From Gammaproteobacteria bacterium (lineage in GTDB: Bacteria > Pseudomonadota > Gammaproteobacteria > GCA-001735895): a DNA stretch of 62,864 nucleotides. Location: positions 1 through 62,864 of the forward strand of contig JBNKPX010000005.1 of the NCBI GenBank assembly GCA_050295575.1. The letters are read 5' to 3'. The position numbers and the translations under genes are program-made. Below the pieces are notes generated by a model. That model did not search any database. It saw only the letters and a program-made list of their open reading frames with translations, and was not told the DNA's origin. Positions 17,846 to 33,395 of this stretch are shown here, piece by piece (positions within the stretch are counted from its first letter, which is position 1; each line of letters starts with the position of its first letter).

Positions 17846-20413
17846 ATGTCTATCCAGCTGAACATACATAACAGACTAGCACTCGTGCTTTGGGGCACAG
17901 CTTTGCTGGCATTTGTGATGGTCGGCACTGGGGTAGTACTGTTTCAGAGTTTTACCCTGGAGCATCGTACCCGCCAGATTATGGAGCCTTATGCGCAACT
18001 GGTCTCCGTTGGTACGGACGCGGCTGTGGCTTTTGAGGATCCCGTCCGTGCCCAGGAAATTCTCGACACCCTGCGCGCAAATCTGCAGATACGGGAAGCA
18101 GTCATTTATCTGGATGGGGGGCGGATGCTGGCCCGTTTCAGCCGCCTGCCAAATGCCCCCCCGGCACCTTCACTTACCAGGCCGGATGGTCTCTATCTGG
18201 ATCATAACACGGCAGAACTGCTGCAAGCGCTCCCTGGAGGAGGGCGTTTGCGACTTAGCATGGGGCTCGAACAACTCAGCCAGCAAACGCATCAGGCCCT
18301 GTGGGTATTCGGCACGGGCGTAGTCGTTCTGCTTCTGGTCACGGTTGCCCAACTGCTGGTTTTGCGGCGCACGCTCACGCGGCCTATTGCAAACCTGACA
18401 CAGGCGAGTGAACTTGTTCGAGCCAGTGCGAGCTATACGCATCGTGTTCCCGCAACCGGCGCAGATGAAGTGGCTCAGCTAGGCAAAAACTTCAACGCCA
18501 TGATGGATGTTATCCAGCAACGAGAAGATGACTTGCGCAAGCTTACGATCTTTCAGCGCACGATTCTGAACAATGTGGCCTACGGCATCATCTCTGCAAC
18601 ACCTGAAGGAACCGTTACCAGCTTTAATCCTGCTGCTGAGCATTTGCTGGGTTACACAGCAGATGAGATAGTCGGTAAGCAGACGCCCGGTTACTGGCAC
18701 GATCCGGAAGAAGTTGTGCGCTATGCCCAACAGTTGACCGATGAACTGGGCGAAACGATTCAGGAGGGGTTTGACGTGTTTGCTGCCCGCCCGCGGCGCA
18801 ATCTTACCGAGGAGCGAGAATGGACCTTCATTCGCAAGGATGGAAAGCGAGTGCCGGTGAATTTATCCGTGACTGCGCTGTGGGATGAAGGGGGAGAAAT
18901 CACGGGATTCGTTGGTCTGGTTTACGACCTCAGCGAACGTAAGCAAGCGGAACAGGAACTTTTGCGCTACAGAGAGCAGCTTGAGGAAACTGTCCAGCAA
19001 CGTACCCATGAATTGCGCCTGGCACGCGATGCGGCGGACTCGGCAAACAAGGCTAAGAGCGCTTTCCTGGCCAACATGAGCCACGAATTACGCACCCCGC
19101 TCAACGCCATCCTGGGCTTTTCCCAACTGGTGCGCCAGGATCAGTCCCTGACTAGCAGCCAGCGGGAAAACCTGGACATTATCAACAACAGTGGCGATCA
19201 CCTGCTTAAGCTGATCAATGACGTACTGGAAATCGCCAAGATAGAGGCGGGTAAGCTGCAACTGGAGGTCGCCACCTTTGATTTGCACAAACTGGTGCGT
19301 GAGGTGAGTGACATGATGAGTCTGCGGGCGCAACAGAAGGGACTGCAACTGGAACTGGATCAGTCGTCAGCTTTTCCGCGCTTAATCAAGGGCGATGAGG
19401 CGCGGCTACGACAGATCCTGGTTAATCTGGTGAGCAATGCGGTGAAGTTCACCGAACAGGGCGGTGTGACCATGCGCCTGCGTAGCAGACACAATGCCCA
19501 TCACCATCTACTGATCGAGGTCGAGGATACAGGCCCAGGGATTAGCAAAAAGGATCAGCAGCGTCTGTTCAAGCCTTTCGAGCAACTGTCTGCAGGCGCT
19601 GCTTCGCAGGGGGGCACCGGTCTGGGACTTGCTATCGTGCACCAGTTCGTGCAACTGATGGCAGGAAATGTATCCGTTGAAAGCAAACCGGGCCAGGGCT
19701 CGCTGTTTCGTGTCGATCTGCCACTGAATGAGCCCGATGAGGCGGAGATGATCCGCCTGATTGATGAAAGTCACGGAGCAGTGGTCGGCCTCGCGCGGGG
19801 GCAGGGCTCCCGCCGCATCCTCATCGCCGAGGATCAGAGGGATAATCAAATCCTGCTCACCAGGTTGATGACCGACCTCGGCCTGGAGGTAAAGGTGGCG
19901 CAGAACGGGGAAGAGTGCATACAGATATTCCAGAGCTGGAAACCAGACCTGATCTGGATGGATCAACGCATGCCAGTCATGGACGGAGTCGAGGCTACCC
20001 GTCGCATTCGCGAATTGCCGGGTGGGAAACAGGTGAAGGTCGTCGCCGTTACCGCCTCCGCCTTAAAAGATCAGGAGAAAACCTTACGCACATCAGGTAT
20101 GGACGACTACGTCAGTAAACCCTACCGCTTCGATGAGATCTTCCACAGCCTGGAAAAGCAGCTGGGATTGACCCTGGTATATGCTGAGTCAGAAAGCGAG
20201 CACGAGTCTGCTCTGGTCACACCACCCAGCGAACAGCTGCGTGAGTTGTATCAGTTAGCCGATGTAGGACAGATCTTTGAAATAAAGGAGATAGCCTCTC
20301 GTCTGCAGGCAGAGAATGAGACTTACATTCCGTTTGCCCGGCAGCTACTGAAACTGGCCAAAGGGTTTGATATTGAGGGGATAAGCGCTTTTATAAAACA
20401 GTATTTAAAGTGA
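17846..20413 (+). CDS. Hybrid sensor histidine kinase HK3: TM, CHASE8-like periplasmic domain, TM, HAMP, PAS, HisKA, HATPase, REC, conserved tail
   Basis: TM1 [23 protein letters not shown]. Periplasmic [43 protein letters not shown] resembles the YfiN/TpbB-type CHASE8 sensor. TM2 [23 protein letters not shown] is followed by HAMP. H-box [12 protein letters not shown] (His codon 19082-19084). Confidence 0.9.
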   Translation: MSIQLNIHNRLALVLWGTALLAFVMVGTGVVLFQSFTLEHRTRQIMEPYAQLVSVGTDAAVAFEDPVRAQEILDTLRANLQIREAVIYLDGGRMLARFSRLPNAPPAPSLTRPDGLYLDHNTAELLQALPGGGRLRLSMGLEQLSQQTHQALWVFGTGVVVLLLVTVAQLLVLRRTLTRPIANLTQASELVRASASYTHRVPATGADEVAQLGKNFNAMMDVIQQREDDLRKLTIFQRTILNNVAYGIISATPEGTVTSFNPAAEHLLGYTADEIVGKQTPGYWHDPEEVVRYAQQLTDELGETIQEGFDVFAARPRRNLTEEREWTFIRKDGKRVPVNLSVTALWDEGGEITGFVGLVYDLSERKQAEQELLRYREQLEETVQQRTHELRLARDAADSANKAKSAFLANMSHELRTPLNAILGFSQLVRQDQSLTSSQRENLDIINNSGDHLLKLINDVLEIAKIEAGKLQLEVATFDLHKLVREVSDMMSLRAQQKGLQLELDQSSAFPRLIKGDEARLRQILVNLVSNAVKFTEQGGVTMRLRSRHNAHHHLLIEVEDTGPGISKKDQQRLFKPFEQLSAGAASQGGTGLGLAIVHQFVQLMAGNVSVESKPGQGSLFRVDLPLNEPDEAEMIRLIDESHGAVVGLARGQGSRRILIAEDQRDNQILLTRLMTDLGLEVKVAQNGEECIQIFQSWKPDLIWMDQRMPVMDGVEATRRIRELPGGKQVKVVAVTASALKDQEKTLRTSGMDDYVSKPYRFDEIFHSLEKQLGLTLVYAESESEHESALVTPPSEQLRELYQLADVGQIFEIKEIASRLQAENETYIPFARQLLKLAKGFDIEGISAFIKQYLK

Positions 20414-20816
20414 AAGCAGAAAATTGAAGTCAACTCTGATTTCTTAAACGGTGTTCATTTATTGAATTTGTAAGTGCAACAGGCGGATAGTTTGTTATCG
20501 AAGCCCTATTTTTTACGAGTTATCGATTAATTTATGGTCTATTCTTATGAGTGATAAAGGTTAAGTCTTAGGCATAGGGCTGAAAGAATAAAGAAGTTAA
20601 ACGATAAAAATTGAGATATGAAAATAAAGAATATATCTCCCAGTTGAAAAGGATGAACCCACTGCAGCTTTTAGCCGCCCCGACGTTGTTAGACCTCGAT
20701 AAAAAATGACTTTTAATAAAGTATAGCTATTTGATTTGACAGCCAGGGAATCGGTCTCTTTGATTATCGCAGAGGTAACAGACCATCTTGATTGCTGCAT
20801 TTCGGAGAACTAATCA
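20414..20816 (+). promoter_or_regulatory. Conserved ~0.4-kb leader, copy 2 (paralogous to 14371-14795)
   Basis: Same blocks as copy 1 (ATTGAATTTGTA..., GAAGCCCTATTTTTTACGAGTTAT..., CTCCCAGTTGAAAAGGATGAA..., GGAGAACTAATCAATG). Confidence 0.65.
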
Positions 20817-27068
<6,252 letters not shown>

Positions 27069-27234
27069 TAACTGACGTAAGGCTATGGGGTACTTTATCA
27101 AATAAACTAGTTCATTCTCACCAATTAGCTGAGCTCGTTAACGCTACAGGAATTTGAAAAAATCCATGCACAACTGCGGATTCCAGCCTTAAAGTGTAGG
27201 AATTCTGGGGCAGCTGCCTGACTCAATTGGCCTG

Positions 27235-27392
27235 TATTATTTAAGGAAGCTCTGAATAATTCATGCATGAATTCTCAGAGCGAGAAAAACGAAAAATGCG
27301 ATTTTCGCTTTTCCCTAAAAAATCAGACACTTGCAGTCATTGATTTTGGCTGCACATCCCTGTGCCGCAGGAACCTCTGAAATAATCATAGG
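27235..27392. repeat. ~155-bp hairpin-rich intergenic element, copy 2
   Basis: Aligns with 4265-4430. Contains the 16-bp palindrome AATTCATGCATGAATT, the GAAAAACGAAAA/TTTTCGCTTTTC hairpin and GCACATCCCTGTGCCGCAGGAACCTCTGAA. Confidence 0.6.
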
Positions 27393-27812
27393 TTACTTAA
27401 GTCTTTTCCTGATCCCTGAAATAATGCGCCCCAGTAACGGAATATGCTCATAAAGCATGGCACCCACATCAAAATAATCGCGGTGGAAATATATCTGCTC
27501 ATCAAATTTTAAATGACTAATGCCATCGACATGAATGATTCTGGATTTATTCAGGCGAGGATGCTGGAAGTGCATAGTCCAGTGTATATAAGCTTCTTGC
27601 TCCTGTTCTGTAATCTGGTGGATTTCAAAATTACAGTGTATTAAATCCTGCATCATATTTTTGAAATACTGATGCAGCGCTTGTATGCCCTGTATATGGT
27701 GAACAGGGTCAATAAACTCGATGTCTGAGCGATAAATCTGGCCCAGACCCGCCAGCTCGGAGTTGTTTAGCTGTTGGTAAAACTGTTTGAATTTTTCCAG
27801 TGTGGGGTTCAT
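27393..27812 (-). CDS. SnoaL-like / NTF2-fold protein
   Basis: Size and pattern (FYQQLNNSELAGLGQIYRSDIEFIDPVH...) are typical of the small NTF2-like protein encoded after photolyase genes. Start is 2 nt after the phr stop. Confidence 0.6.
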   Translation of the reverse strand: MNPTLEKFKQFYQQLNNSELAGLGQIYRSDIEFIDPVHHIQGIQALHQYFKNMMQDLIHCNFEIHQITEQEQEAYIHWTMHFQHPRLNKSRIIHVDGISHLKFDEQIYFHRDYFDVGAMLYEHIPLLGRIISGIRKRLK

Positions 27813-27814
27813 GT

Positions 27815-29197
27815 CTATACCATTATTGTCTGATAACGCAGCAGGGTTTGTTTACGGGCCAGGTTGTGGTCAACAACCGGTTGTGGATAGCTGGATTGTA
27901 TATTTTGTGATTTAAACCAGATGTGGGGTTTATGAATGTATTTCTCCGGTACCTGTTTAAGCTCTTCCACCCAGAGTTTTATAAATTTCCCCTGTTTATC
28001 GAACTTTTCACCTTGCAGGCTAGGGTTGAAGATTCTGAAATAGGGTGCTGCATCCGCTCCGGTACCTGCGGCCCATTGCCAGCCGCCATTATTAGAGGCG
28101 AAATCTGCATCAATCAGTTGCTGCATAAAATACTGTTCGCCAAGTCTCCAGTCCATCTGCAGGTCTTTGCTGAGAAAACTCGCTACGATCATGCGTAGTC
28201 GATTATGCATCCAGCCGCTTTGATTCAGACAGCGCATGGCTGCATCTACGATGGGGTAGCCGGTTTTTCCTTCACACCAGGCTTTAAATAATTGTTTATC
28301 ATTTACCCATTGCAGCTGGTTCATAGGCGCTTTAAAGCAGCTATTTTTGGAGAGTTCAGGGTAGGCGGACATCAGGTGCCGGTAGAACTCACGCCATACC
28401 AGTTCGTTTAGCCAGGCAAAGCCTTTTTCACCTGGACTGAGTGGTAGATAACCCAGTGTTGACTGTATTGCATGCAGGCATTGTTTAGCCGAGAGAGTGC
28501 CGATAGCGAGATAGGGAGAGATTCGGCTGGTACTGTCAAGGTTGGGAAAATCTCGTTGCTCCTGGTAATCCAGCAGAGACTGTTGGCAAAAGCTGTGCAG
28601 GCGATCCTGCGCTGCGCTTTCACCCGCAGGCCACGATGAGCTGTCTGATTGAGCTGGAGTTATCAGGGGTTGGGTAAATATCTCTGGTAATGGTGCCAGT
28701 GTATAACCCTGCTGCTGTAACTGTCTGATCCATGCATTGCGAAATGCGGTAAATACCCGAAACATTTCATTGCTCTGCGTGAGTACTGTAGCGGGAGGTA
28801 AGATGCAGTCACCATTAAAACGCTGAAAAGGGATGTTTATCTGATCTTTAACCTGCTGGTCTCTACGCTCTTCATTGATGCCATTTTCGCGGTTAGCGAA
28901 TAAGGCAGTGATATTGTGTTGCTGGATAAAGTGGTTAAGCAAATTAGCTACAGCAGAAAACAGGTTGCATTCAAGGATATGGAATTCAATTTGATTTTGC
29001 TTGAATAGCTTTTTGAGTAATTGTAGATGCTGCTGGATAATAGTAAGCTGTCGAGCGCCTCGTTTGTGTAATCGGTCCTGTACAGGGCATTGGATGTAAA
29101 CAGCAAGCAGTGATTCTGCACCCTGACTCGCCTGATACAGGGCAGGGTTATCGTGGATTCTCAGATCGCTTCTAAACCAGAGCAAATGCTTTTTCAT
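27815..29197 (-). CDS. phrB: Deoxyribodipyrimidine (CPD) photolyase
   Basis: LLWFRSDLRIHDNPAL N-terminus. FAD-binding region TGYPIVDAAMRCLNQSGWMHNRLRMIVASFL...NNGGWQWAAGTGADAAPYFRIFNP. Confidence 0.93.
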   Translation of the reverse strand: MKKHLLWFRSDLRIHDNPALYQASQGAESLLAVYIQCPVQDRLHKRGARQLTIIQQHLQLLKKLFKQNQIEFHILECNLFSAVANLLNHFIQQHNITALFANRENGINEERRDQQVKDQINIPFQRFNGDCILPPATVLTQSNEMFRVFTAFRNAWIRQLQQQGYTLAPLPEIFTQPLITPAQSDSSSWPAGESAAQDRLHSFCQQSLLDYQEQRDFPNLDSTSRISPYLAIGTLSAKQCLHAIQSTLGYLPLSPGEKGFAWLNELVWREFYRHLMSAYPELSKNSCFKAPMNQLQWVNDKQLFKAWCEGKTGYPIVDAAMRCLNQSGWMHNRLRMIVASFLSKDLQMDWRLGEQYFMQQLIDADFASNNGGWQWAAGTGADAAPYFRIFNPSLQGEKFDKQGKFIKLWVEELKQVPEKYIHKPHIWFKSQNIQSSYPQPVVDHNLARKQTLLRYQTIMV

Positions 29198-30011
29198 TTT
29201 GCCTGACCAGTTGGGTTAAGGATTCGGCATAGGGTAAGGTTAGCCAGTTCCTGCTCTGATAAATCAGACCGAGTTGACCGCTATAGAAACTGTTTTCAGG
29301 AAGCTGCTTCTGTTTCTGGGTAAACCAGTTGGCATTTAATCCGCTACCAAGTTGCAGGATATAAGCCTGTACGGGAAGGCGTTCAGATATTAGTGGGAGC
29401 TGGGCGGGATCAGCATTGCCCAGATCGTAACAACGGCATTCCAGGCTTTGTAATTCGTAACGAGCGAGTTGCGCCTCTAACGCACTGATTTGACCCAGCT
29501 GCAGTAAAGCGACACGTGGACCGCTCTGGATGCTGATCATTTTTTCAACCTTACTGCCAAGCAGTCTGCGAGCAGCTTGTTCTATCAAGCCCTGGTCGGG
29601 TCTATCTAACAGGGAAAGCTGTTTTAACCAGGGCTCGATGATATGGCGTAACCAATGCTCTGCTGGATAGAGTTTGGAGGTTTCTGTGATCAGGGATTCC
29701 AGTTGATTGATTTTTAAATTCTGCGCAAGGGTTATCAATTCATATTGAATCTTTTGCCAGTTATCGCTGACGGATTCTGACTCCGGGCTTTTTAACAAAG
29801 ACTTAACTTGACCAATGCTGACGCCTTTATCCAGCCAGCTCAAAATCTGTCTTATCAACTGGATATCTGCATCGCTATACAGGCGATGGCCGCTTTCGGA
29901 GCGACCAGGTTTGATCAATCCATATCGACGTTGCCAGGCGCGCAGAGTGACCGGATTAACCCCGGTGAGCTGTGACACTTTTCGTATCGGATATTTATAC
30001 TCAGAGTCCAT
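29172..30011 (-). CDS. MerR family transcriptional regulator (LitR/CarH-like context, no obvious B12-binding motif)
   Basis: MerR HTH YPIRKVSQLTGVNPVTLRAWQRRYGLIKPGRSESGHRLYSDADI. The stop overlaps the phr start by 26 nt and the start overlaps the ybgA stop by 11 nt. Confidence 0.85.
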   Translation of the reverse strand: MDSEYKYPIRKVSQLTGVNPVTLRAWQRRYGLIKPGRSESGHRLYSDADIQLIRQILSWLDKGVSIGQVKSLLKSPESESVSDNWQKIQYELITLAQNLKINQLESLITETSKLYPAEHWLRHIIEPWLKQLSLLDRPDQGLIEQAARRLLGSKVEKMISIQSGPRVALLQLGQISALEAQLARYELQSLECRCYDLGNADPAQLPLISERLPVQAYILQLGSGLNANWFTQKQKQLPENSFYSGQLGLIYQSRNWLTLPYAESLTQLVRQNEKAFALV

Positions 30012-30951
30012 AACGTAAGGCCATTTCTGGTGGGTGAGGGATCAGGTAATGCTGCTGCGCGATATAATCGTTGGGATGTTCGTTGAGGTAATGTTTTATC
30101 ATTGTTAATGGGGCATCGACAGGCAGTGAACCCATACGATAATCATCAATCAGTTTGATCAGTTCAGTGCGTTGCCTGCTGGTCATTTTATCCTTGAAAT
30201 AACCATGGATATGATACAGCGTATTGCATTGATTCTTGCGTGTGGCTATATGCCTGAGAGCGCGCATAAACTTTAATTCATAGGTTTTGGCAATACACTC
30301 GATATCAGCAGAAAGGTCTGATAAGAGCAGACCTAATTCCTTATAGCTGTGCGGGTGATGCGCCATCAGCATATACTTATAACGGCTATGAAACTCTATC
30401 AACGAAGCGGGCGATATGCCCTCGTTGAGCATGGTTTTCCAATTATGGTAGGCATACAGGCGGGTGATAAAGTTTTCACGTAACAGCGCATCATTCAGTC
30501 TGCCATTTTCTTCGACAGGCAGGGAAGGGTATGTTTGCATGATATGACGCGCATAAAGTCCAATGCCATCACTCTGACTGTACCCATTCTGGCGATAGAT
30601 CTTCACCCGTTCCATACCACAGCTTGGTGATTTTGCACAAAAGATATAACCGCTTAGAGGCTCAAGTTGCGGTGCCTTCTGGTGGCAGAAATCTTCTAGC
30701 TCTGATGTGACATCACGACCATCCTGGCATTTGGCAATGATGCTTTGATTGTTTAATTCCAGCCGGATTGTGGGCCGGGGTGTACCGAGACCTATGCCCA
30801 TTTCCGGACAAATCGGTATATAGCTGACAAACTTGTTCAGAGAGTCAGCACAGAAAGGACTGCGTTTGTGTCCGCCATCGTAGCGAACCTCCTGGCCTAG
30901 CAGACAGCTGCTTATACCGAGCTGGATCGTATCAGGGTCAAACTTGTACAT
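30001..30951 (-). CDS. ybgA: YbgA family protein (DUF523 + DUF1722)
   Basis: LGISSCLLGQEVRYDGGHK (DUF523 start) and the C-terminal DUF1722-like half. ybgA-phr linkage is as in E. coli. Confidence 0.8.
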   Translation of the reverse strand: MYKFDPDTIQLGISSCLLGQEVRYDGGHKRSPFCADSLNKFVSYIPICPEMGIGLGTPRPTIRLELNNQSIIAKCQDGRDVTSELEDFCHQKAPQLEPLSGYIFCAKSPSCGMERVKIYRQNGYSQSDGIGLYARHIMQTYPSLPVEENGRLNDALLRENFITRLYAYHNWKTMLNEGISPASLIEFHSRYKYMLMAHHPHSYKELGLLLSDLSADIECIAKTYELKFMRALRHIATRKNQCNTLYHIHGYFKDKMTSRQRTELIKLIDDYRMGSLPVDAPLTMIKHYLNEHPNDYIAQQHYLIPHPPEMALRYGL

Positions 30952-31038
30952 TAAGGCGCCTTTTGTATAACTTTGTTAGAACTCTAATGCAAGTTGTACA
31001 GTAAATCAAATTTTGTACAAGTATTTCTAGCTCCGTAA

Positions 31039-32022
31039 TTAGTTGCTACGCGAGGTTTCCAGCTCGATGTACTCAGGTGACAGGGTGTTATCGTCCTCAG
31101 TCGATGTTGCCTGGGTATTGCGCAGGCGAGCCTCCACTCGGGCTGAGTTGATGAATTTCTGCTGCAGGATATCCGGATAGAGTCTATACAGGCGCTGCAC
31201 GCATTGCGCCTGTCGTGCTGCAAGTTGTTCAAAGTGCTTGCGTTGCTCACAGCTCAGGCTGGGCAGGGTTAGCAGATAGGGAGCGAGAAAGTCCAGGTAA
31301 TCTTCAAATACAAAATCATCGATATCGGTCTGGATTACCTCGGGAATAAAAAATTCAGGGAAACAGTTGTTTTCCAATGTACGACCTTGCAGCGTATCGG
31401 GCAGGTTGATACCGATTAAACCGACAGCAGTCTCATGTTGTCGATGAAACCATTGTGCTGTTGGCGATGACCCGGCCATCGATTTTACCGTGCTTTCCAG
31501 TTGACGAGTAAATGGCTGCTGGGGTTTTCTACCATCTAGTTTCTTAGTGAAAAAATCCTTACAGGCTATCCCAGCAGTCCAGTTGAGCGGAAGGTCGTAA
31601 TACAGGCGATGGGCAGAGAAAGCGCTCCCAATAAGTGCCAAAGGCTGTTCATTCTGGTCCAGCAGCCACAACTCGTATTGATCATCTAACGCAAAGGGGA
31701 TCTTATCGGCATGCAGCAACAGGTAGTCATAGACAAGCTGTCCCTGACGTTCCATCTCATTGAAATTCTCTGAGGGATAGAATGAACCACGCTTCAGGCC
31801 ATTCCTGGCTGACCAGTGTCCAAAGCGGATTTCAGTGATTAGCATATTTGACGATTGTTCAAGATCGTCAGTAAGACTCATATCTCTGACGTAGATATCC
31901 CAGTTCACGCCATCGATGGTCACTGCTTCGGCCCCTTTGTATTCGATAATATTCATCACACCACGAAAAGGATTAAGCAGACGAACGGCATGCCTCAGGA
32001 TCTGATTATGTTTGGTGGCCAT
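31039..32022 (-). CDS. Hypothetical protein, 327 aa, no family recognised
   Basis: Long ORF, same strand and upstream of the ybgA-merR-phr-snoaL operon. I recognise no motifs. Confidence 0.5.
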   Translation of the reverse strand: MATKHNQILRHAVRLLNPFRGVMNIIEYKGAEAVTIDGVNWDIYVRDMSLTDDLEQSSNMLITEIRFGHWSARNGLKRGSFYPSENFNEMERQGQLVYDYLLLHADKIPFALDDQYELWLLDQNEQPLALIGSAFSAHRLYYDLPLNWTAGIACKDFFTKKLDGRKPQQPFTRQLESTVKSMAGSSPTAQWFHRQHETAVGLIGINLPDTLQGRTLENNCFPEFFIPEVIQTDIDDFVFEDYLDFLAPYLLTLPSLSCEQRKHFEQLAARQAQCVQRLYRLYPDILQQKFINSARVEARLRNTQATSTEDDNTLSPEYIELETSRSN

Positions 32023-32280
32023 ACCTATGATTTTAGAGGATGAATCCAGGTTTACACCCTGGTTTGATTGTTTTCAGAAATTCATGCGGAGTTTGTTGTG
32101 AAGAATAAAAACAGAAAAATCATGAGATCTATGCTGGAATTATTCTCGGGCAGGGTTTTCTACAGGCGAAATCTGTGCCTGAAACAGAGTTTCTGGAATT
32201 TGTTTCGAGCACAAAGCCGAAACCTTAGACCAGGGGCTGTGCAGGCAAAGCCCCTTTCTGCGTAACAGGGTCTTCAGGAC

Positions 32281-33216
32281 CTAATGGTTCACAACGACCT
32301 GTGTGAAGGTGATGCTGTCAGAACATAGCTTTGATTTTAATTCATGCCAGACAGATTCCGAACTGATGATACGATCATGATCACGATTTCTTGTCACCAG
32401 TAGTTTGCATAAGGGAAATGTGGCACAGAATTTTTTAGAGTCTTCTATGGGGGACTCCTGGTCATCAGCATCATGCGCGATGACTGTGTGATGGGCATAC
32501 TGCTCAAGCTGTTTTGTCAACTCCAGCTGCGCATACTGTTGTGAGTAATTCCACTCAAACTGTTGCTCATATTGCTTCAAAAAGTGATGGCTAATTTTAA
32601 GGTTCCTGAGTTTACGCAGGAAATACTGTTTGTAGTTGAAAATAGGTGATATCAGGAATAGATGTAATCCGTTAATAAATGTAGGGGATGCATTAGCGAT
32701 CAGTAGGCTGCCAGTGTCATGCCCGATAGCCGCATGCAGCCCATCATGAAAATTACTCCGAGCATACTCTAATACCTGATTAGTGATATCAATCGATTGT
32801 TGAAGGGTAGCGGGTATTTTCTCACTACCACCATGCCCCAGATTGTCAAAAGCTAGAGTGCTAAAACCTAAAGTTTTTAATCCATGCATCAGGGTGAAAA
32901 ACTGATTAGCACTTCCGCCCCAGCCATGCGCTAAAACGACTAATGGCCCAGTACCTGTGTGGTAACAGTTGATTTTCCCATGCTTAGTCTGGATGTATTT
33001 CTGAGTGAAATCAGCTGGAACTTTGAGGGGTTGTTTTTTCTTGGCGTTAAATAGATATAATTGTGTATCTATCCTGCTTTTGTACCAGTCCAAAGCGATG
33101 TGGTTCCAGCGCAGCTTGAGATTGTTGATCAGATTTGGTTTTGGTCGATTTACGTCAGTCATTACTTTAAAAGAGGGAACACCTGGTAGTGGTAAATATT
33201 TGATAATGCCAGTCAA
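32281..33216 (-). CDS. Alpha/beta-fold hydrolase
   Basis: PLVVLAHGWGGSANQF oxyanion region and a GHDTG nucleophile-elbow-like motif (Asp in the Ser position), with a downstream DH pair. Start codon uncertain. Confidence 0.7.
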   Translation of the reverse strand: MTGIIKYLPLPGVPSFKVMTDVNRPKPNLINNLKLRWNHIALDWYKSRIDTQLYLFNAKKKQPLKVPADFTQKYIQTKHGKINCYHTGTGPLVVLAHGWGGSANQFFTLMHGLKTLGFSTLAFDNLGHGGSEKIPATLQQSIDITNQVLEYARSNFHDGLHAAIGHDTGSLLIANASPTFINGLHLFLISPIFNYKQYFLRKLRNLKISHHFLKQYEQQFEWNYSQQYAQLELTKQLEQYAHHTVIAHDADDQESPIEDSKKFCATFPLCKLLVTRNRDHDRIISSESVWHELKSKLCSDSITFTQVVVNH

Positions 33217-33395
33217 TCTAGAGGACTGGAATTATCAGGAACGAAGTAGTGTAGAAGCTAGGCAAAAATTTTCAGGGATTAATTCACAAAAAAGCATCAT
33301 TTTCTAGAAAAATTAACACTAACCTTATAAGTTGAAAGAAAATGGTACCATAGAAGTTTTCTCATTAATAGTGCCATAATCAGAAAGAGAACCCG

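Noticed and set aside
19508-19966. Conserved 144-152-aa antisense ORFs inside the kinase output modules (also 26142-26600, 13546-13980, 10378-10707, 19088-19348, 25722-25982).
   Set aside because: They recur only because the sense-strand module is duplicated. They lie fully inside well-supported kinase coding sequence, have no RBS or family resemblance, and are typical open antisense frames of GC-biased codons.
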